NCBI GenBank assembly: GCA_027001995.1 | Contig: JALTLO010000070.1 | Location: forward strand, 1-19,346 | From: Planctomycetota bacterium | Lineage (GTDB): Bacteria; Planctomycetota; GCA-002687715; DRQF01 | DNA: 19,346 bases | Direction of reading: 5' to 3' | Shown here: piece by piece, positions 7,340-17,395 of the stretch | Layout of the letters: each line of letters opens with the position of its first letter | How positions within the stretch are numbered: the stretch's first letter is position 1 | Position numbers and translations under genes: made by a program | The notes under the pieces: model-generated | Databases searched by the model: none | Told to the model about the DNA's origin: nothing | The model's input: only the letters and a program-made list of their open reading frames with translations

Positions 7340-9130
7340 TTAAGGGACCGTAAATTCGAAAGCGGCGGTTAATTGAACGAAAGGGCTTCCCGGTTGATAA
7401 ATCAGAGCCTGGAGGGTCGTGATAATTCCCGGAGGTAAATTGTCAAAGTTGACACTGAGAGACCCGGCCCCGGAGCTATTGAGCGTGGCCAAGAAGTCAA
7501 AGAATGCCACTGGGTTGAGGCCGTCGATGACGGGGAAAATGTCACTGTAGTTACTTGTGGCTCCCATAGTGCCGATATCCAATGAGCCCTGAGGAACAAA
7601 AACCTGGTTATTGCGGTTCAAAGGACCAGCCAACAAAATCCAAGGATATCCCGGTGTACCGCCAAAGCTGATATCGAGCTGGGATGAATTGACGAAGAAT
7701 GGGCCATTCTCCCCAATGACTGCACTCTTTCCGTTGATGTTGACGCCACCTGCAATATCCATGAATGCCAATGGTTGGTTTGCTTGACCGATATCTGGGA
7801 CCGGTGGTAGCTCCACCCGTACGTCGTCGATGAGCAAGCCGTCTGAAGGCAGATCAAAATTGTCCTGTTGGCTAAAAATGAGTTCAAAAGTTGAGGTCAA
7901 GCTCATTCCATTTGCAGTCACGAAGGCACCCAAGTCAAATTCGATTTCCTGCCAAGCGCTGGTTAGCCCTTGATGGGAAACTGCGAGCAGCGTCTGAACA
8001 CCGTCTGAAACGAAAAGTCCGTCATTGGCGTCAGGCTCATCTCCGGATTCCCGAGCCAAGTACTTAACTATGACTTCCGTTTCTGCGCTCAGATCGATGA
8101 TGAGAGTTGCCTGATTCAGATAAACCGTCCCTGTGGCCGTCGCTTCAAAGATGAGAGCGTCACCACCTGATCCGGGTGAAGTAGACGGCGGGTTTCCCAC
8201 GTATATTTGACCGATGGTTGTTGATGAGAGAGACCATGCTGAGTTGAGACTTCCGTTGTTGAACTCGTCCAAGAATGGGATCGTTGGTGGCACGATGATC
8301 TGAATGAAGGAGTTCAGAATGCTGGTATCACTGCCGAAGCTGTTGGTTACCGTCAGGCGCACGGTGTAGAAGCCCGTTGCGCCATAGGCAAAGCTGGGGT
8401 TCTGGGAAGTGGAGTCCGTGATGTTGTCTCCATCAAAGTCCCAAGCCCAACTGGTTGGTTGCCCCAAGCTTTGGTCGACGAACTGAATCGGTGTTCCAAC
8501 GGTTGATGTGGTTGGGGTGGCTGCGAACGATGCTGTAGGTGGGGCTGGAACCCCGGATTGCCCAGCATTCAATGCACCGGGAGAGCCAGTGCCTGAAGGG
8601 GACATGACCCAGTCCGCGTCTGTATCGCTGTCGTTATTGCTGATCCTTTGGAATACGTCTTGGGTATTCGCACCACCTGAGGGCACTGAACCAGTAAAGG
8701 AAGATAGGGGTGAACCCGTAGGTAGATTGCTGGGATTACCGAACAAGATCAAGTCCTGCCCAACATCGTTGTTGTCGTTGAGGGCGCAGGCCCCGCCGGT
8801 ATTCACAACCCAAACAATGTTTGCAATGCTGAATCTTTGGGTACCGCCAGGCAACACAGGGAGTGAAGCATTCTCGGCAATGACAATCGTCTCATTGGGG
8901 GCAATGATCGTGGTTGCAGGAAATGTCACACTGACTTGCGCACTGGGATCGGTGGTCATGGTGACAGTCCATCCGCTGATGTCTACGGCCAAGGCTGACA
9001 GATTGGCGATTTCGACGTAATCATTGCCGTCGGTGACGACCTCATTGATGACAACACCTTGGCCGTTCAGTTGGTTTCCAAAGGTAAGAAGGGCAAAAAG
9101 GGTGAATGCAATTAAGTACTTCATATTCAT
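7340..9130 (-). CDS. Secreted protein: lamin-tail domain + PKD domain + probable jelly-roll domain + conserved C-terminal domain
   Basis: Signal peptide MNMKYLIAFTLFALLTFG...; LTD motifs VVINEV...DYVEIANLSALAVDISGWTV...SPGALN; PKD motifs PTASF...FVDQSLGQPTSWAWDFDGD...QNPSFAY...GFYTVRLTVTNSFGSD. AAGGAG lies 7 nt before ATG 9130. Confidence 0.85.
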   Translation of the reverse strand: MNMKYLIAFTLFALLTFGNQLNGQGVVINEVVTDGNDYVEIANLSALAVDISGWTVTMTTDPSAQVSVTFPATTIIAPNETIVIAENASLPVLPGGTQRFSIANIVWVVNTGGACALNDNNDVGQDLILFGNPSNLPTGSPLSSFTGSVPSGGANTQDVFQRISNNDSDTDADWVMSPSGTGSPGALNAGQSGVPAPPTASFAATPTTSTVGTPIQFVDQSLGQPTSWAWDFDGDNITDSTSQNPSFAYGATGFYTVRLTVTNSFGSDTSILNSFIQIIVPPTIPFLDEFNNGSLNSAWSLSSTTIGQIYVGNPPSTSPGSGGDALIFEATATGTVYLNQATLIIDLSAETEVIVKYLARESGDEPDANDGLFVSDGVQTLLAVSHQGLTSAWQEIEFDLGAFVTANGMSLTSTFELIFSQQDNFDLPSDGLLIDDVRVELPPVPDIGQANQPLAFMDIAGGVNINGKSAVIGENGPFFVNSSQLDISFGGTPGYPWILLAGPLNRNNQVFVPQGSLDIGTMGATSNYSDIFPVIDGLNPVAFFDFLATLNSSGAGSLSVNFDNLPPGIITTLQALIYQPGSPFVQLTAAFEFTVP

Positions 9131-9147
9131 GTCTTGGCTCCTTCAGC

Positions 9148-11727
9148 TTAATTGACTGTCACTTCCGTGGCGGCAGTGAGCCGGACGTTGTTGATGTTGT
9201 TGTCCCAGATGGCAGCTTGGAAAGCACCGATTGTTCCCAATACGAATGGCGGCAGAGAGAAACTCAGAACCTTGCGCCCTGTTGGGCCGGTGTTGGCACT
9301 GGCATCCAAAATTGAAACAGGACTCACGCCATCCAGCAGAATTTGTATATCGCTGTAGATTCCTGGCCCAACGAGTCCCACATCCAAAGTACCGACCGCG
9401 CCGAAGTTTTCATTGCCAACTCCAAGAGGACCCAAATAAAGTTGGAAGCTACGGTTGGCCGGGCCTTCGAAGATATAAGTGAGCTCGCTACCCGGGCTGA
9501 GGTTGGCGTAGAACGGACCAGCGACTCCAATCTTCGGTTTTTGGCCATTGAGATTGACTCCATCAACGATCTGGAGGGAACTTCCGATTCGGTTGGCTTG
9601 ACCCGAATCTGGAATCGGGCTTGGAGCTGGATCGACTCCTGAGACGACTAAGGAAAAGTCAGCATCAAGAGTGCCGGTTTCTACGTGACCGTCTTGATTG
9701 ATCTCACTGGCGATCACGTCGACGGTCCAAGTCCCAGGTATTGGATTCTGAAGGAGTACTTGTTCGACTGTGTCGACCGTGTTGGAGACACCGCCGCTGG
9801 TCGAGAAGTTGTTGGCCATGAGACCGTTATTGCCAAAATAGATCGTTCCCATGGGGTCTGTGACTCGGACTGATAGATCGTTAATTCTTGCGACTGAAGC
9901 TGCCGGATTGCCCGCAGGATCAGCGTAGATCATGGTGACCCGAAGTGAGGCAGTTCCGCTTGGAACGGTATAGGAATTCGAGCTTGTGGAAAGGGGAGTT
10001 AGGACGACATCTTGATCGATCCATTGGAGACGATCTTTACGATTATATAGGATGTCTAAGCTTGGACGCCCCCAACCTTGGTGAACACGAGTTAAGTCGT
10101 CACCCAAGCCGCTAAATGCGTATTGGGTGGCGGAATTGATTAACAGAGCTTTTGCAGTTGTTGCGTGGGGTTTGTTCGTGAAAACGTCCCAATTAACGAG
10201 AGAGTTGCCAAAGATCCCATCGGCCCACATTTGATGCAGGAGGCCAATGTGCCCCGCAGTGATCGGTGTGGCCCCACTTGTTCCTCCAAAATTGGAGTAG
10301 CCCCCACTGGAATTGGCAGCGAGAGTCAGATCATAGAATGCGGAAATGTCGGGCTTGATTCTTCCGTCATCTGCGGGGCCGATCGAGGCACCGCCGGACC
10401 AAGTATCATCCGTGATGGTCAGCGTATTCTGGTGACGAATACCACCTACAGAGAGAATGTTCTTGGCCCAAGCTTGGGGCCTTGAATCTTGGTCGCCAGC
10501 ATTGCTTTGAGATTGGAGAACAACAATGTCGTGATCGAACAGAATATTGTCCATGTCCGCAGATGTGGTGGTGTAGAAGAATGTCCGAGCGCCTCCCCAA
10601 CTATTCGTTTGAAAGACACACCGAAGAGGGTCCTGAAGCAATTGCCCCGTTTCCGCATAGCGATCAACAATAACCTGGTAGGAAGTGAAAACTGGCTGTG
10701 CGTCAGGGAGGAACCCTCGAGCTTGAGGGTTGTTCATGCCAGTGCCGAAGACAATGCCATAAACGGAAGTGCCATGGCCTGTGTTGGTGGAATTACCTAC
10801 GTGGATGATTGCTGGGGTGGCTTGGAAGTCAGGATGGCTTGTTTCTAGCCCACTATCTTGAACATGTCCCCGAACACCCTGCCCACTGTAGCCTTCAATG
10901 GCTTCGATCGTGTCCGCACCTCCAAAAGCTCTGGCAATATCGAGGTCGTCTTCGGGTGCACTCCAGGGATCGACGAAAAGCACTTCATTGCGGTTAAGGA
11001 CGGCTATGAGTTGGTCTGGAGACAAAGTCGCATCGATGAGGAATCCGTGTGGGCTCACATAGTCTGTAACTTCACCTGAGATTCGACCGATGAAATCCGC
11101 CAGAGTGTTCTTTTCTTCTAATCCTTTTCGGGTGACGTGAATATGGAAACGTTTCGTCCTGAGCTGTCCAGAAGCGAGGGCAGCTCGTGTTTTCACATCT
11201 GTACGATAGGCTGGCTCATAGGTGCCAACCCAGCGAACAAAATTGAGACCTTGGACGATGGGAATCAAAGCTGGGTTCATGCGCACCAGATTCGCCTGCC
11301 ACGGAAAGACCTGGAGAACTTCGATGCCGATTGATTTCAGTGTTTCACGGTAAGCTTGGAGACCTTGAGTCTTGTATTGTATGAGGAAGAGTTGGTTTCC
11401 GACTTGAGAGCGCAGTGCCAGAGGGACTTCGGGGATCTTGTCGAGAGGATCAAAGTCTTTGTAGTGGAGTTTGAGATCATTTCTTTGGCGGCGTGTTGTT
11501 AAGCAGTGCTCTCCGCCATCTCGGCTAATGGCATAGTAGGAGTCGCCGCCGAATTCGAAGAGGGCGAAGGCATCACCATCAGTTGAGGCCAATTGCCAGT
11601 CGAGTGTTCTTGTGTCCACCTCCACTTCAAGAATCCCTTGGGCTTCAAGTCCGCTGCTAAGGCAAACGAGAAGAGCAAAGGACAAAGCTGTGAAATGAAG
11701 GTGCCGAAGTTGGCTCCGCATTATCAT
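9148..11727 (-). CDS. Secreted S8 subtilisin-like serine protease (KP-43/TagA-like) with extra C-terminal domain
   Basis: Signal peptide ending LEA and a long prodomain. Catalytic triad motifs GHVQDSG, TGHGTSVYG and GGTSGATP, plus GPADDGRIKPDI. A KP-43-type beta-barrel domain follows (LRVTMIYADPAG...INDLSVRVTDP...NTVDTVEQV...GTWTVDV). Confidence 0.93.
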   Translation of the reverse strand: MIMRSQLRHLHFTALSFALLVCLSSGLEAQGILEVEVDTRTLDWQLASTDGDAFALFEFGGDSYYAISRDGGEHCLTTRRQRNDLKLHYKDFDPLDKIPEVPLALRSQVGNQLFLIQYKTQGLQAYRETLKSIGIEVLQVFPWQANLVRMNPALIPIVQGLNFVRWVGTYEPAYRTDVKTRAALASGQLRTKRFHIHVTRKGLEEKNTLADFIGRISGEVTDYVSPHGFLIDATLSPDQLIAVLNRNEVLFVDPWSAPEDDLDIARAFGGADTIEAIEGYSGQGVRGHVQDSGLETSHPDFQATPAIIHVGNSTNTGHGTSVYGIVFGTGMNNPQARGFLPDAQPVFTSYQVIVDRYAETGQLLQDPLRCVFQTNSWGGARTFFYTTTSADMDNILFDHDIVVLQSQSNAGDQDSRPQAWAKNILSVGGIRHQNTLTITDDTWSGGASIGPADDGRIKPDISAFYDLTLAANSSGGYSNFGGTSGATPITAGHIGLLHQMWADGIFGNSLVNWDVFTNKPHATTAKALLINSATQYAFSGLGDDLTRVHQGWGRPSLDILYNRKDRLQWIDQDVVLTPLSTSSNSYTVPSGTASLRVTMIYADPAGNPAASVARINDLSVRVTDPMGTIYFGNNGLMANNFSTSGGVSNTVDTVEQVLLQNPIPGTWTVDVIASEINQDGHVETGTLDADFSLVVSGVDPAPSPIPDSGQANRIGSSLQIVDGVNLNGQKPKIGVAGPFYANLSPGSELTYIFEGPANRSFQLYLGPLGVGNENFGAVGTLDVGLVGPGIYSDIQILLDGVSPVSILDASANTGPTGRKVLSFSLPPFVLGTIGAFQAAIWDNNINNVRLTAATEVTVN

Positions 11728-11847
11728 AGTTGATCTCTTTCAAAAACTTGGAACGAGCGAGGCTCATCCTGCATTCAAATAGATTCCGACTTGCGGCATT
11801 CTGGTGTCGCGGTCGGTGTGGCGAATTGTTGTGGGCGCGGCAAATGT

Positions 11848-11892
11848 TTGTGATTACACAAGGATCATGAACTTGAATGACGATTCTTGCAA
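11848..11892 (-). promoter_or_regulatory. Candidate sigma70 promoter for the subtilase unit with adjacent inverted repeat
   Basis: On minus: TTGCAA (11892-11887), 17-nt spacer, CATGAT (11869-11864), followed by the inverted repeat TTGTG-N4-CACAA (11848-11861) over the expected +1. Confidence 0.35.
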
Positions 11893-12045
11893 GGCTTCTG
11901 CATTTTATCCCGAAGGAAAAGAAACATTCTGAGAGAAATGGAGGGTGGCTTTTGGCAGGACGCGGGACATTCAGGACAATCTGGCGAAAGATCTCTCGAA
12001 TACGTCGGAACCTCCTTCAACTTCAGGTGTTCGGTCACTTCCTGA

Positions 12046-13041
12046 TCATGATGGAGGTGAGTGGAAGGCTTTAATGAGCGTCTGGGCTCCCGTGGCTGGT
12101 GATATCGTTCCGTTTTGAACTTCTTCTTCAATGGCAGTGAGGGCAGCTTGGACGTGAGCATGAGCCTTGAAGTCTTCGAGCAATAGAGCTTTTAACTCCT
12201 GCCACAACCAACCCCGGAGTTGTTTCTTGCGCAAGGGAATCAGAGCTTTGTTGTTGCACAAATGACTGTGGTGCTTCTCGATTTCCTGCCAGACCTCGAC
12301 CAAGCCGGTTTTTTTGAGAGCACTGACCAGAAATGCCTGGGCGTGCCAGCCCTCGGTGTGGGGGCGCGTGTAGTGAAGAGCCGCCCCGTATTCGGACTGG
12401 GCTTCACGGGCCAAGGGCAAGTTTTTTCCATCGGCTTTGTTGACACAAACTAAGTCTGCCAACTCCAGGATCCCGCGCTTGATTCCTTGTAGTTCATCTC
12501 CTGCCCCAGGCAGCATGAGCACCAAGAAGAAGTCGACCATTTCAGCAACCATCGTTTCAGATTGGCCAACGCCGACGGTCTCAACCAGGACGACATCAAA
12601 GCCAAATGCTTCACATAGAAGCAAACTCTCGCGGGTTCGTGTCGCGATTCCTCCTAAGCTGCTGGCACTGGGCGATGGTCGAATGAAAGCGTTCGGGTGT
12701 TGAGCCAAGGCGTTCATCCGAGCTTTGTCGCCCAAGATGCTCCCACCAGAAATCGTGCTGGACGGATCGACGGCTAAGACCGCAATTGACTTGCCGCTTT
12801 CTGTCAACCAAAGCCCCAGGGCTTCAATGAACGTACTTTTTCCGACTCCAGGAACACCGCTGATGCCAATCCGTTTCGATTTGCCGGTCAGATGGGCAAT
12901 AGCGGTGAGCAACTCCTCTCGGCGCTGAATATCTTCAGGGCGAGAACTTTCCACCAAAGTAATAGCTCGGGCCAAAGTGCCCCGATCTCCGGCGGCAAAG
13001 CCCTGAATGATCTCACTCACAGTGAGGACCTGCCTTGCCAT
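12046..13041 (-). CDS. meaB: Methylmalonyl-CoA mutase-associated GTPase MeaB/ArgK
   Basis: LARAITLVES, Walker A GVPGVGKST, AVDPSS...GGSILGDK, VETVGVGQSE, GDELQGIKRG, NKAD. Start overlaps the mutB stop (TAATG). Confidence 0.97.
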   Translation of the reverse strand: MARQVLTVSEIIQGFAAGDRGTLARAITLVESSRPEDIQRREELLTAIAHLTGKSKRIGISGVPGVGKSTFIEALGLWLTESGKSIAVLAVDPSSTISGGSILGDKARMNALAQHPNAFIRPSPSASSLGGIATRTRESLLLCEAFGFDVVLVETVGVGQSETMVAEMVDFFLVLMLPGAGDELQGIKRGILELADLVCVNKADGKNLPLAREAQSEYGAALHYTRPHTEGWHAQAFLVSALKKTGLVEVWQEIEKHHSHLCNNKALIPLRKKQLRGWLWQELKALLLEDFKAHAHVQAALTAIEEEVQNGTISPATGAQTLIKAFHSPPS

Positions 13042-15203
13042 TAATTCTCGTCTCCGTTTGTTTTTAGGGATTTCTCCAGAACGTCCATCAACTGGTCAGC
13101 GGCTTGAGAAATAACTGTTCCGGGGCCGAAGACAGCCACGGCCCCGGCCTTGAGAAGACGAGGGTAGTCTTTTGGTGGGATAACACCGCCTACAACCACC
13201 AAAATGCCTGGCCGACCCAAGTCGTTCAAGGCCTCTCTGAGTGCTGGCACCAGGGTCATGTGTCCGGCAGCCAATGAACTCACCCCAACAATGTGAACAT
13301 CGTTCTCAACGGCTTGCTTAGCAGTTTCTTCAGGTGTCTGGAACAACGTGCCGATGTCCACATCAAAACCAATGTCGGCGAATGCTGTGGCAATGACCTT
13401 TTGGCCTCGGTCATGTCCGTCCTGTCCCATCTTGGCAATCAGGATGCGCGGTCGGCGACCGTCCAGCTCGATAAAGGCTTCGACTCGCTTTCTGACTGTT
13501 GTGATGTTTTCGTTCATGTCACCCACTTCAGCACTATACACTCCCGTGATTGATTTGATGGATGCAATGTGGCGTCCGAAGCTTGATTCTAAGGCTGAGG
13601 ATATCTCGCCCACGGTGGCCTTGGCGCGAGCAGCTTGAACGCTCAGGTCGAGGAGGTTGCCAGTTTTTTTGGCAGCGGCATCGCTCAGAGCCTTGAGAGC
13701 TTCTTGGGTTTGGCTCTCATCGCGTTCTGATTTGAGCTTGCCCAACCGCGTCAGTTGAGCCTTGCGGACTTTTTCATTGTCGACGGAAAGGACGTCTATC
13801 TCTTCCTCTTCTTCCAGGGGGAACTTGTTGATGCCGACGATTGTTTGCACACCCGAGTCGATCCTTGCTTGGGTCTTGGCAGCGGCTTCTTCAATGCGCA
13901 TTTTGGGAATGCCTGCTTCAATGGCGCGGACCATACCCCCCATGTCTTCTATTTCTGAAATATGTTGCCGAGCTTTGGCAGCCAAGTCGTGGGTTAGTTT
14001 CTCGACATAGTAGCTGCCACCCCAAGGGTCGACGACTTTGCAAGTACCAGATTCTTGACTCAATTGAATTTGCGTGTTGCGGGCAATGCGAGCTGAAAAA
14101 TCTGTAGGTAGAGCCAAGGCCTCATCCAGTGAGTTGGTGTGCAAGCTTTGGGTGTGCCCTTGGGTGGCGGCCATGGCCTCGATGCAAGTGCGAGGAACAT
14201 TGTTGAAGACATCTTGGGCCGTCAAAGACCAGCCGGAAGTCTGGCAGTGAGTTCTGAGCATGGATGATTTTGCGTTCTTCGGGTTGAATTGTTTCATGAG
14301 CTCGGCCCAGAGAAGCCGTGCTGCCCGTAATTTGGCGATCTCCATGAAGAAGTTCATGCCGGTAGCAAAGAAGAAACTCAATCTTGGGGCGAATGCGTCC
14401 ACGTCTAAGCCGGCCTCAATACCCGCCCGTACATAGGCAATACCGTCAGCAAGGGTGTAGGCCAACTCCAAGTCCGCCGTGGCACCGGCTTCCTGCATGT
14501 GATAACCAGAGATTGAGATGCTGTTAAATTTGGGCATCTTCTCTGAGGTGTAAGCAAAAATGTCGGAGATGATGCGCATGGATTCGGCCGGGGGATAAAT
14601 GTAGGTGTTGCGTACCATGAATTCTTTTAGAACATCGTTCTGTATGGTCCCGGCCAAGTCCTTCGGTGCCACGCCTTGCTCTTCTGCGGCGACAATATAG
14701 AGGGCCAAGATCGGGAGAACTGCGCCATTCATGGTCATGGAGACACTCATGCGGTCCAGGGGAATCCCGGCGAACAAGAGACGCATGTCTTCGATTGAAT
14801 CGATTGCCACACCAGCCATGCCAACGTCGCCAACGACACGGGGGTGGTCGGAATCATAGCCACGATGGGTAGCGAGGTCGAAAGCAATTGACAGTCCTCT
14901 TTGCCCCGCCGCAAGATTTCGACGGTAGAATGCATTGGACTCTTCCGCGGTGGAAAAGCCAGCGTATTGTCGAATTGTCCAGGGCCTTCGCACATACATA
15001 GTGCTGTATGGCCCCCGAACATAAGGGGGAAAGCCTGGCTTTGAGTCTAAATACTGAAGGCCCTCTAAGTCTTCTGGTCCATAGGCGCCGCGAAGGGAAA
15101 TTCCTTCTGGTGTGTTGTGTTTTACTTCGGTCGTGGCGGCGCTGGGTGGGGAGTCCTCTGGCTCTGGAAAGGCCACGGTCGAAAAATCTGGGATGCGGCT
15201 CAT
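13041..15203 (-). CDS. scpA: Methylmalonyl-CoA mutase, catalytic (large) subunit
   Basis: [13 protein letters not shown] (specificity Tyr), [31 protein letters not shown] and the B12-binding motif MGQDGHDRG...GVSSLAAGH. Equivalent to MutB. Confidence 0.97.
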   Translation of the reverse strand: MSRIPDFSTVAFPEPEDSPPSAATTEVKHNTPEGISLRGAYGPEDLEGLQYLDSKPGFPPYVRGPYSTMYVRRPWTIRQYAGFSTAEESNAFYRRNLAAGQRGLSIAFDLATHRGYDSDHPRVVGDVGMAGVAIDSIEDMRLLFAGIPLDRMSVSMTMNGAVLPILALYIVAAEEQGVAPKDLAGTIQNDVLKEFMVRNTYIYPPAESMRIISDIFAYTSEKMPKFNSISISGYHMQEAGATADLELAYTLADGIAYVRAGIEAGLDVDAFAPRLSFFFATGMNFFMEIAKLRAARLLWAELMKQFNPKNAKSSMLRTHCQTSGWSLTAQDVFNNVPRTCIEAMAATQGHTQSLHTNSLDEALALPTDFSARIARNTQIQLSQESGTCKVVDPWGGSYYVEKLTHDLAAKARQHISEIEDMGGMVRAIEAGIPKMRIEEAAAKTQARIDSGVQTIVGINKFPLEEEEEIDVLSVDNEKVRKAQLTRLGKLKSERDESQTQEALKALSDAAAKKTGNLLDLSVQAARAKATVGEISSALESSFGRHIASIKSITGVYSAEVGDMNENITTVRKRVEAFIELDGRRPRILIAKMGQDGHDRGQKVIATAFADIGFDVDIGTLFQTPEETAKQAVENDVHIVGVSSLAAGHMTLVPALREALNDLGRPGILVVVGGVIPPKDYPRLLKAGAVAVFGPGTVISQAADQLMDVLEKSLKTNGDEN

Positions 15204-17356
15204 GATTGGGTTGCCTCCATGTTGGAGTCACTCAGATAGAGGATGCCGCCGAGAATATGGATGGCGTCACATCCTTGGTAGATCGGCACGACGGTTGTTG
15301 GCATTTGGCAAGATAGCTTGTCAGTTCTACCAGCGATAAAGAGAGGGTGATTTTCTCCCAAGGCAGCGCTGAGCTTTTCTGCTAGTTCGCCAGCCTCGTT
15401 TTCATAGCCGCCGTTGCTGCCGCAGATGCAAACAGCATGGCAGGATGATTTCTTCCACGCCTCTTCATGGTCCTTCTCGCCGTCCTGAGCGATTTCCACT
15501 TCGATACCTCCGGCGGCGAAGAAGTTGGTGATAAAGGTAGAGCGGGGGCTGTATTCCCCTCGATTGCCAATGGTGGCCAGATAGATGCGAGGTCGCTTGT
15601 TCTTCGTGGCCAAGTGATCTGCGAATTCTCTTAGCTCCTCGAAGTCGCTGGCGTCCGATCGTCGGCGCAGAGGCTCCATGGCTTCGATTTCTCCACGGTT
15701 GACCATGCTCTGGGACATCTCGCCTATGGTAGAGCCGGCCATGGCTGCATGAATGGTCTCTGCCCAGTTCGTCAGATTCTTCAAACTGAGTGGGCCTCTG
15801 GTTTTCTTGTGGTTGGCCACAAACTCTTGAGATTTACTCAGGCTCTTGGTGAACTTGGCACCAAACTCCAGCTCTCGCTCTTCTTCCAAATTGGCGTATT
15901 CACTGACGCCGGTGATTGGGTCTTGCCGCCGTCGGGTGCGTCCTTGGCGGGCTCTCAGCCGTTCTGCTGCCATAGAATGAAGGGTTCCGTTGCGGAGGGC
16001 TGAGACCATGCCGCCTTCGGATTCAATGTCTTGCAGAACCTGCCAACAACGTTCACTGAGCTCGTCTGTCAGGGCCTCAACATAGTAGGAGCCTCCGGCT
16101 GGGTCGGCCACTTGCCCTAAGTGTGATTCTTCTCCAAGGATGATTTGTGTATTGCGAGCCACCCGTCTTCCCAAGGTGGAGGAGACGAAACCACTTCGTT
16201 CGAAAGAGTTTTGTTGGGGTGGAAGGTGATGGACGAAATCGCCCATGGTTGAGGGCCACCATGTTGGGCCCAGCATGAGATCATAGGGGGCGCTGGTAAT
16301 CTCGTCGGCCCCTGAGCAAATGGCCGCCATGGTTTGGGTGGTTGTCCTGAGCATGTTGATCCAAGGGTCGAAGCGCGTCAGGGTTCTTCTTGACGGCACA
16401 GCATGCAACTCTCCCGGAGTAGGGTGGTTGACGCCGCAACTTTCCAAGATGACATTCCAGAGAGAGCGAAGGGCTCTCACTTTGGCAATGCTTTGAAAAA
16501 TATCTCGCCCCATGGGGACCCGAAATGCAATTTGCTGGGCGGCACTCTCGACGTTCATACCAGCTTCTTCCATGGCCCGCAGGTAAGTCAGAGCTGTGGC
16601 CAAAGAGATAGCAATTTCTTGGGCACAACTGACTCCTGCTTCTTGCCAGGGCTCGGTGGAGACTTGGAATGTCTTCCCCGAAGGTAGTCGAGTTTCGACC
16701 TCCTTGGCCAAGTCGGCAGCTTCTCTGATGAGGTTGTTTAAACCTCCAGGAATCTCCCCGTCTCGAGCCAAGGATGCGATGGGATCGGCGTCAAAACGTA
16801 TCTTCGTTTTTCGGGTGTCGATTCCTCTCAGCTCTGCAATGGCCATAAAAAGAGCCGCCCCGCATAGGGCATTGGCACCCATGTCCAAATGCAGCTTTCC
16901 GTTCACTAAGTCGAGAGACCCGATGGCTTGATCAAGTTGGCTCAATTCGCAAATGGGGCAGCCTTCGACGCCGCTGTGTTCGATGGACTCGCTGTCATCG
17001 CTATCGAGGCCCAAGCGGGCCCCGCGATCGAAGACAAGCCAGGTCCCTGTGGCACCTCCGGCTTGGTCTTCTAAAATGGATGCTTCTAGATCATCCAAGT
17101 CGGCCAAGCTATGTCTTTGGGTGATTCCCCAGCTGACACCTGTTGCGCCACTTTCTTGATGACCTCGGCGATACGGAGATTGGCCGGGGCCGGGAGTCGG
17201 TTGAGGTGCATTTCTGTCCGCAGCATAGAGAGGCTCCGGTGAAAAACCCTCGATACTCTCTGGTTTGAGAACCCGGTCAAAATCACTCCCTTTCAATTCG
17301 GCTTCGACTTTCTTTCGCCAAGTCGCGGAATCGATGGGGGGGAAACCATCCGTCAT
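15200..17356 (-). CDS. mutA: Methylmalonyl-CoA mutase small (non-catalytic) subunit
   Basis: Mutase-like sequence ([25 protein letters not shown]...[23 protein letters not shown]) without the DxHxxG motif, and with MutA-type [20 protein letters not shown] upstream; ATGA overlap with mutB. Confidence 0.9.
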   Translation of the reverse strand: MTDGFPPIDSATWRKKVEAELKGSDFDRVLKPESIEGFSPEPLYAADRNAPQPTPGPGQSPYRRGHQESGATGVSWGITQRHSLADLDDLEASILEDQAGGATGTWLVFDRGARLGLDSDDSESIEHSGVEGCPICELSQLDQAIGSLDLVNGKLHLDMGANALCGAALFMAIAELRGIDTRKTKIRFDADPIASLARDGEIPGGLNNLIREAADLAKEVETRLPSGKTFQVSTEPWQEAGVSCAQEIAISLATALTYLRAMEEAGMNVESAAQQIAFRVPMGRDIFQSIAKVRALRSLWNVILESCGVNHPTPGELHAVPSRRTLTRFDPWINMLRTTTQTMAAICSGADEITSAPYDLMLGPTWWPSTMGDFVHHLPPQQNSFERSGFVSSTLGRRVARNTQIILGEESHLGQVADPAGGSYYVEALTDELSERCWQVLQDIESEGGMVSALRNGTLHSMAAERLRARQGRTRRRQDPITGVSEYANLEEERELEFGAKFTKSLSKSQEFVANHKKTRGPLSLKNLTNWAETIHAAMAGSTIGEMSQSMVNRGEIEAMEPLRRRSDASDFEELREFADHLATKNKRPRIYLATIGNRGEYSPRSTFITNFFAAGGIEVEIAQDGEKDHEEAWKKSSCHAVCICGSNGGYENEAGELAEKLSAALGENHPLFIAGRTDKLSCQMPTTVVPIYQGCDAIHILGGILYLSDSNMEATQS

Positions 17357-17395
17357 CTTTTTCTCCTGAAGCCGCTTTCGGACCAGCGGTCGGGC

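Noticed and set aside
8508..9020. 170-aa plus-strand ORF and similar long antisense ORFs inside the main genes
   Set aside because: They lie fully opposite well-supported genes and are explained by codon bias.
2147..11727. The ABC-HlyD-TolC operon as an AprDEF-like exporter of the neighbouring protease
   Set aside because: The protease and its partner have N-terminal Sec-type signals and no GGxGxD repeats, and a strong terminator and a divergent regulator separate the two units. Type I substrates lack cleaved Sec signals. Adjacency alone is not evidence.
11865..12161. ORFs 11865-12161 (-) and 11877-12074 (+)
   Set aside because: They overlap meaB and the candidate promoter, with no recognisable protein features.
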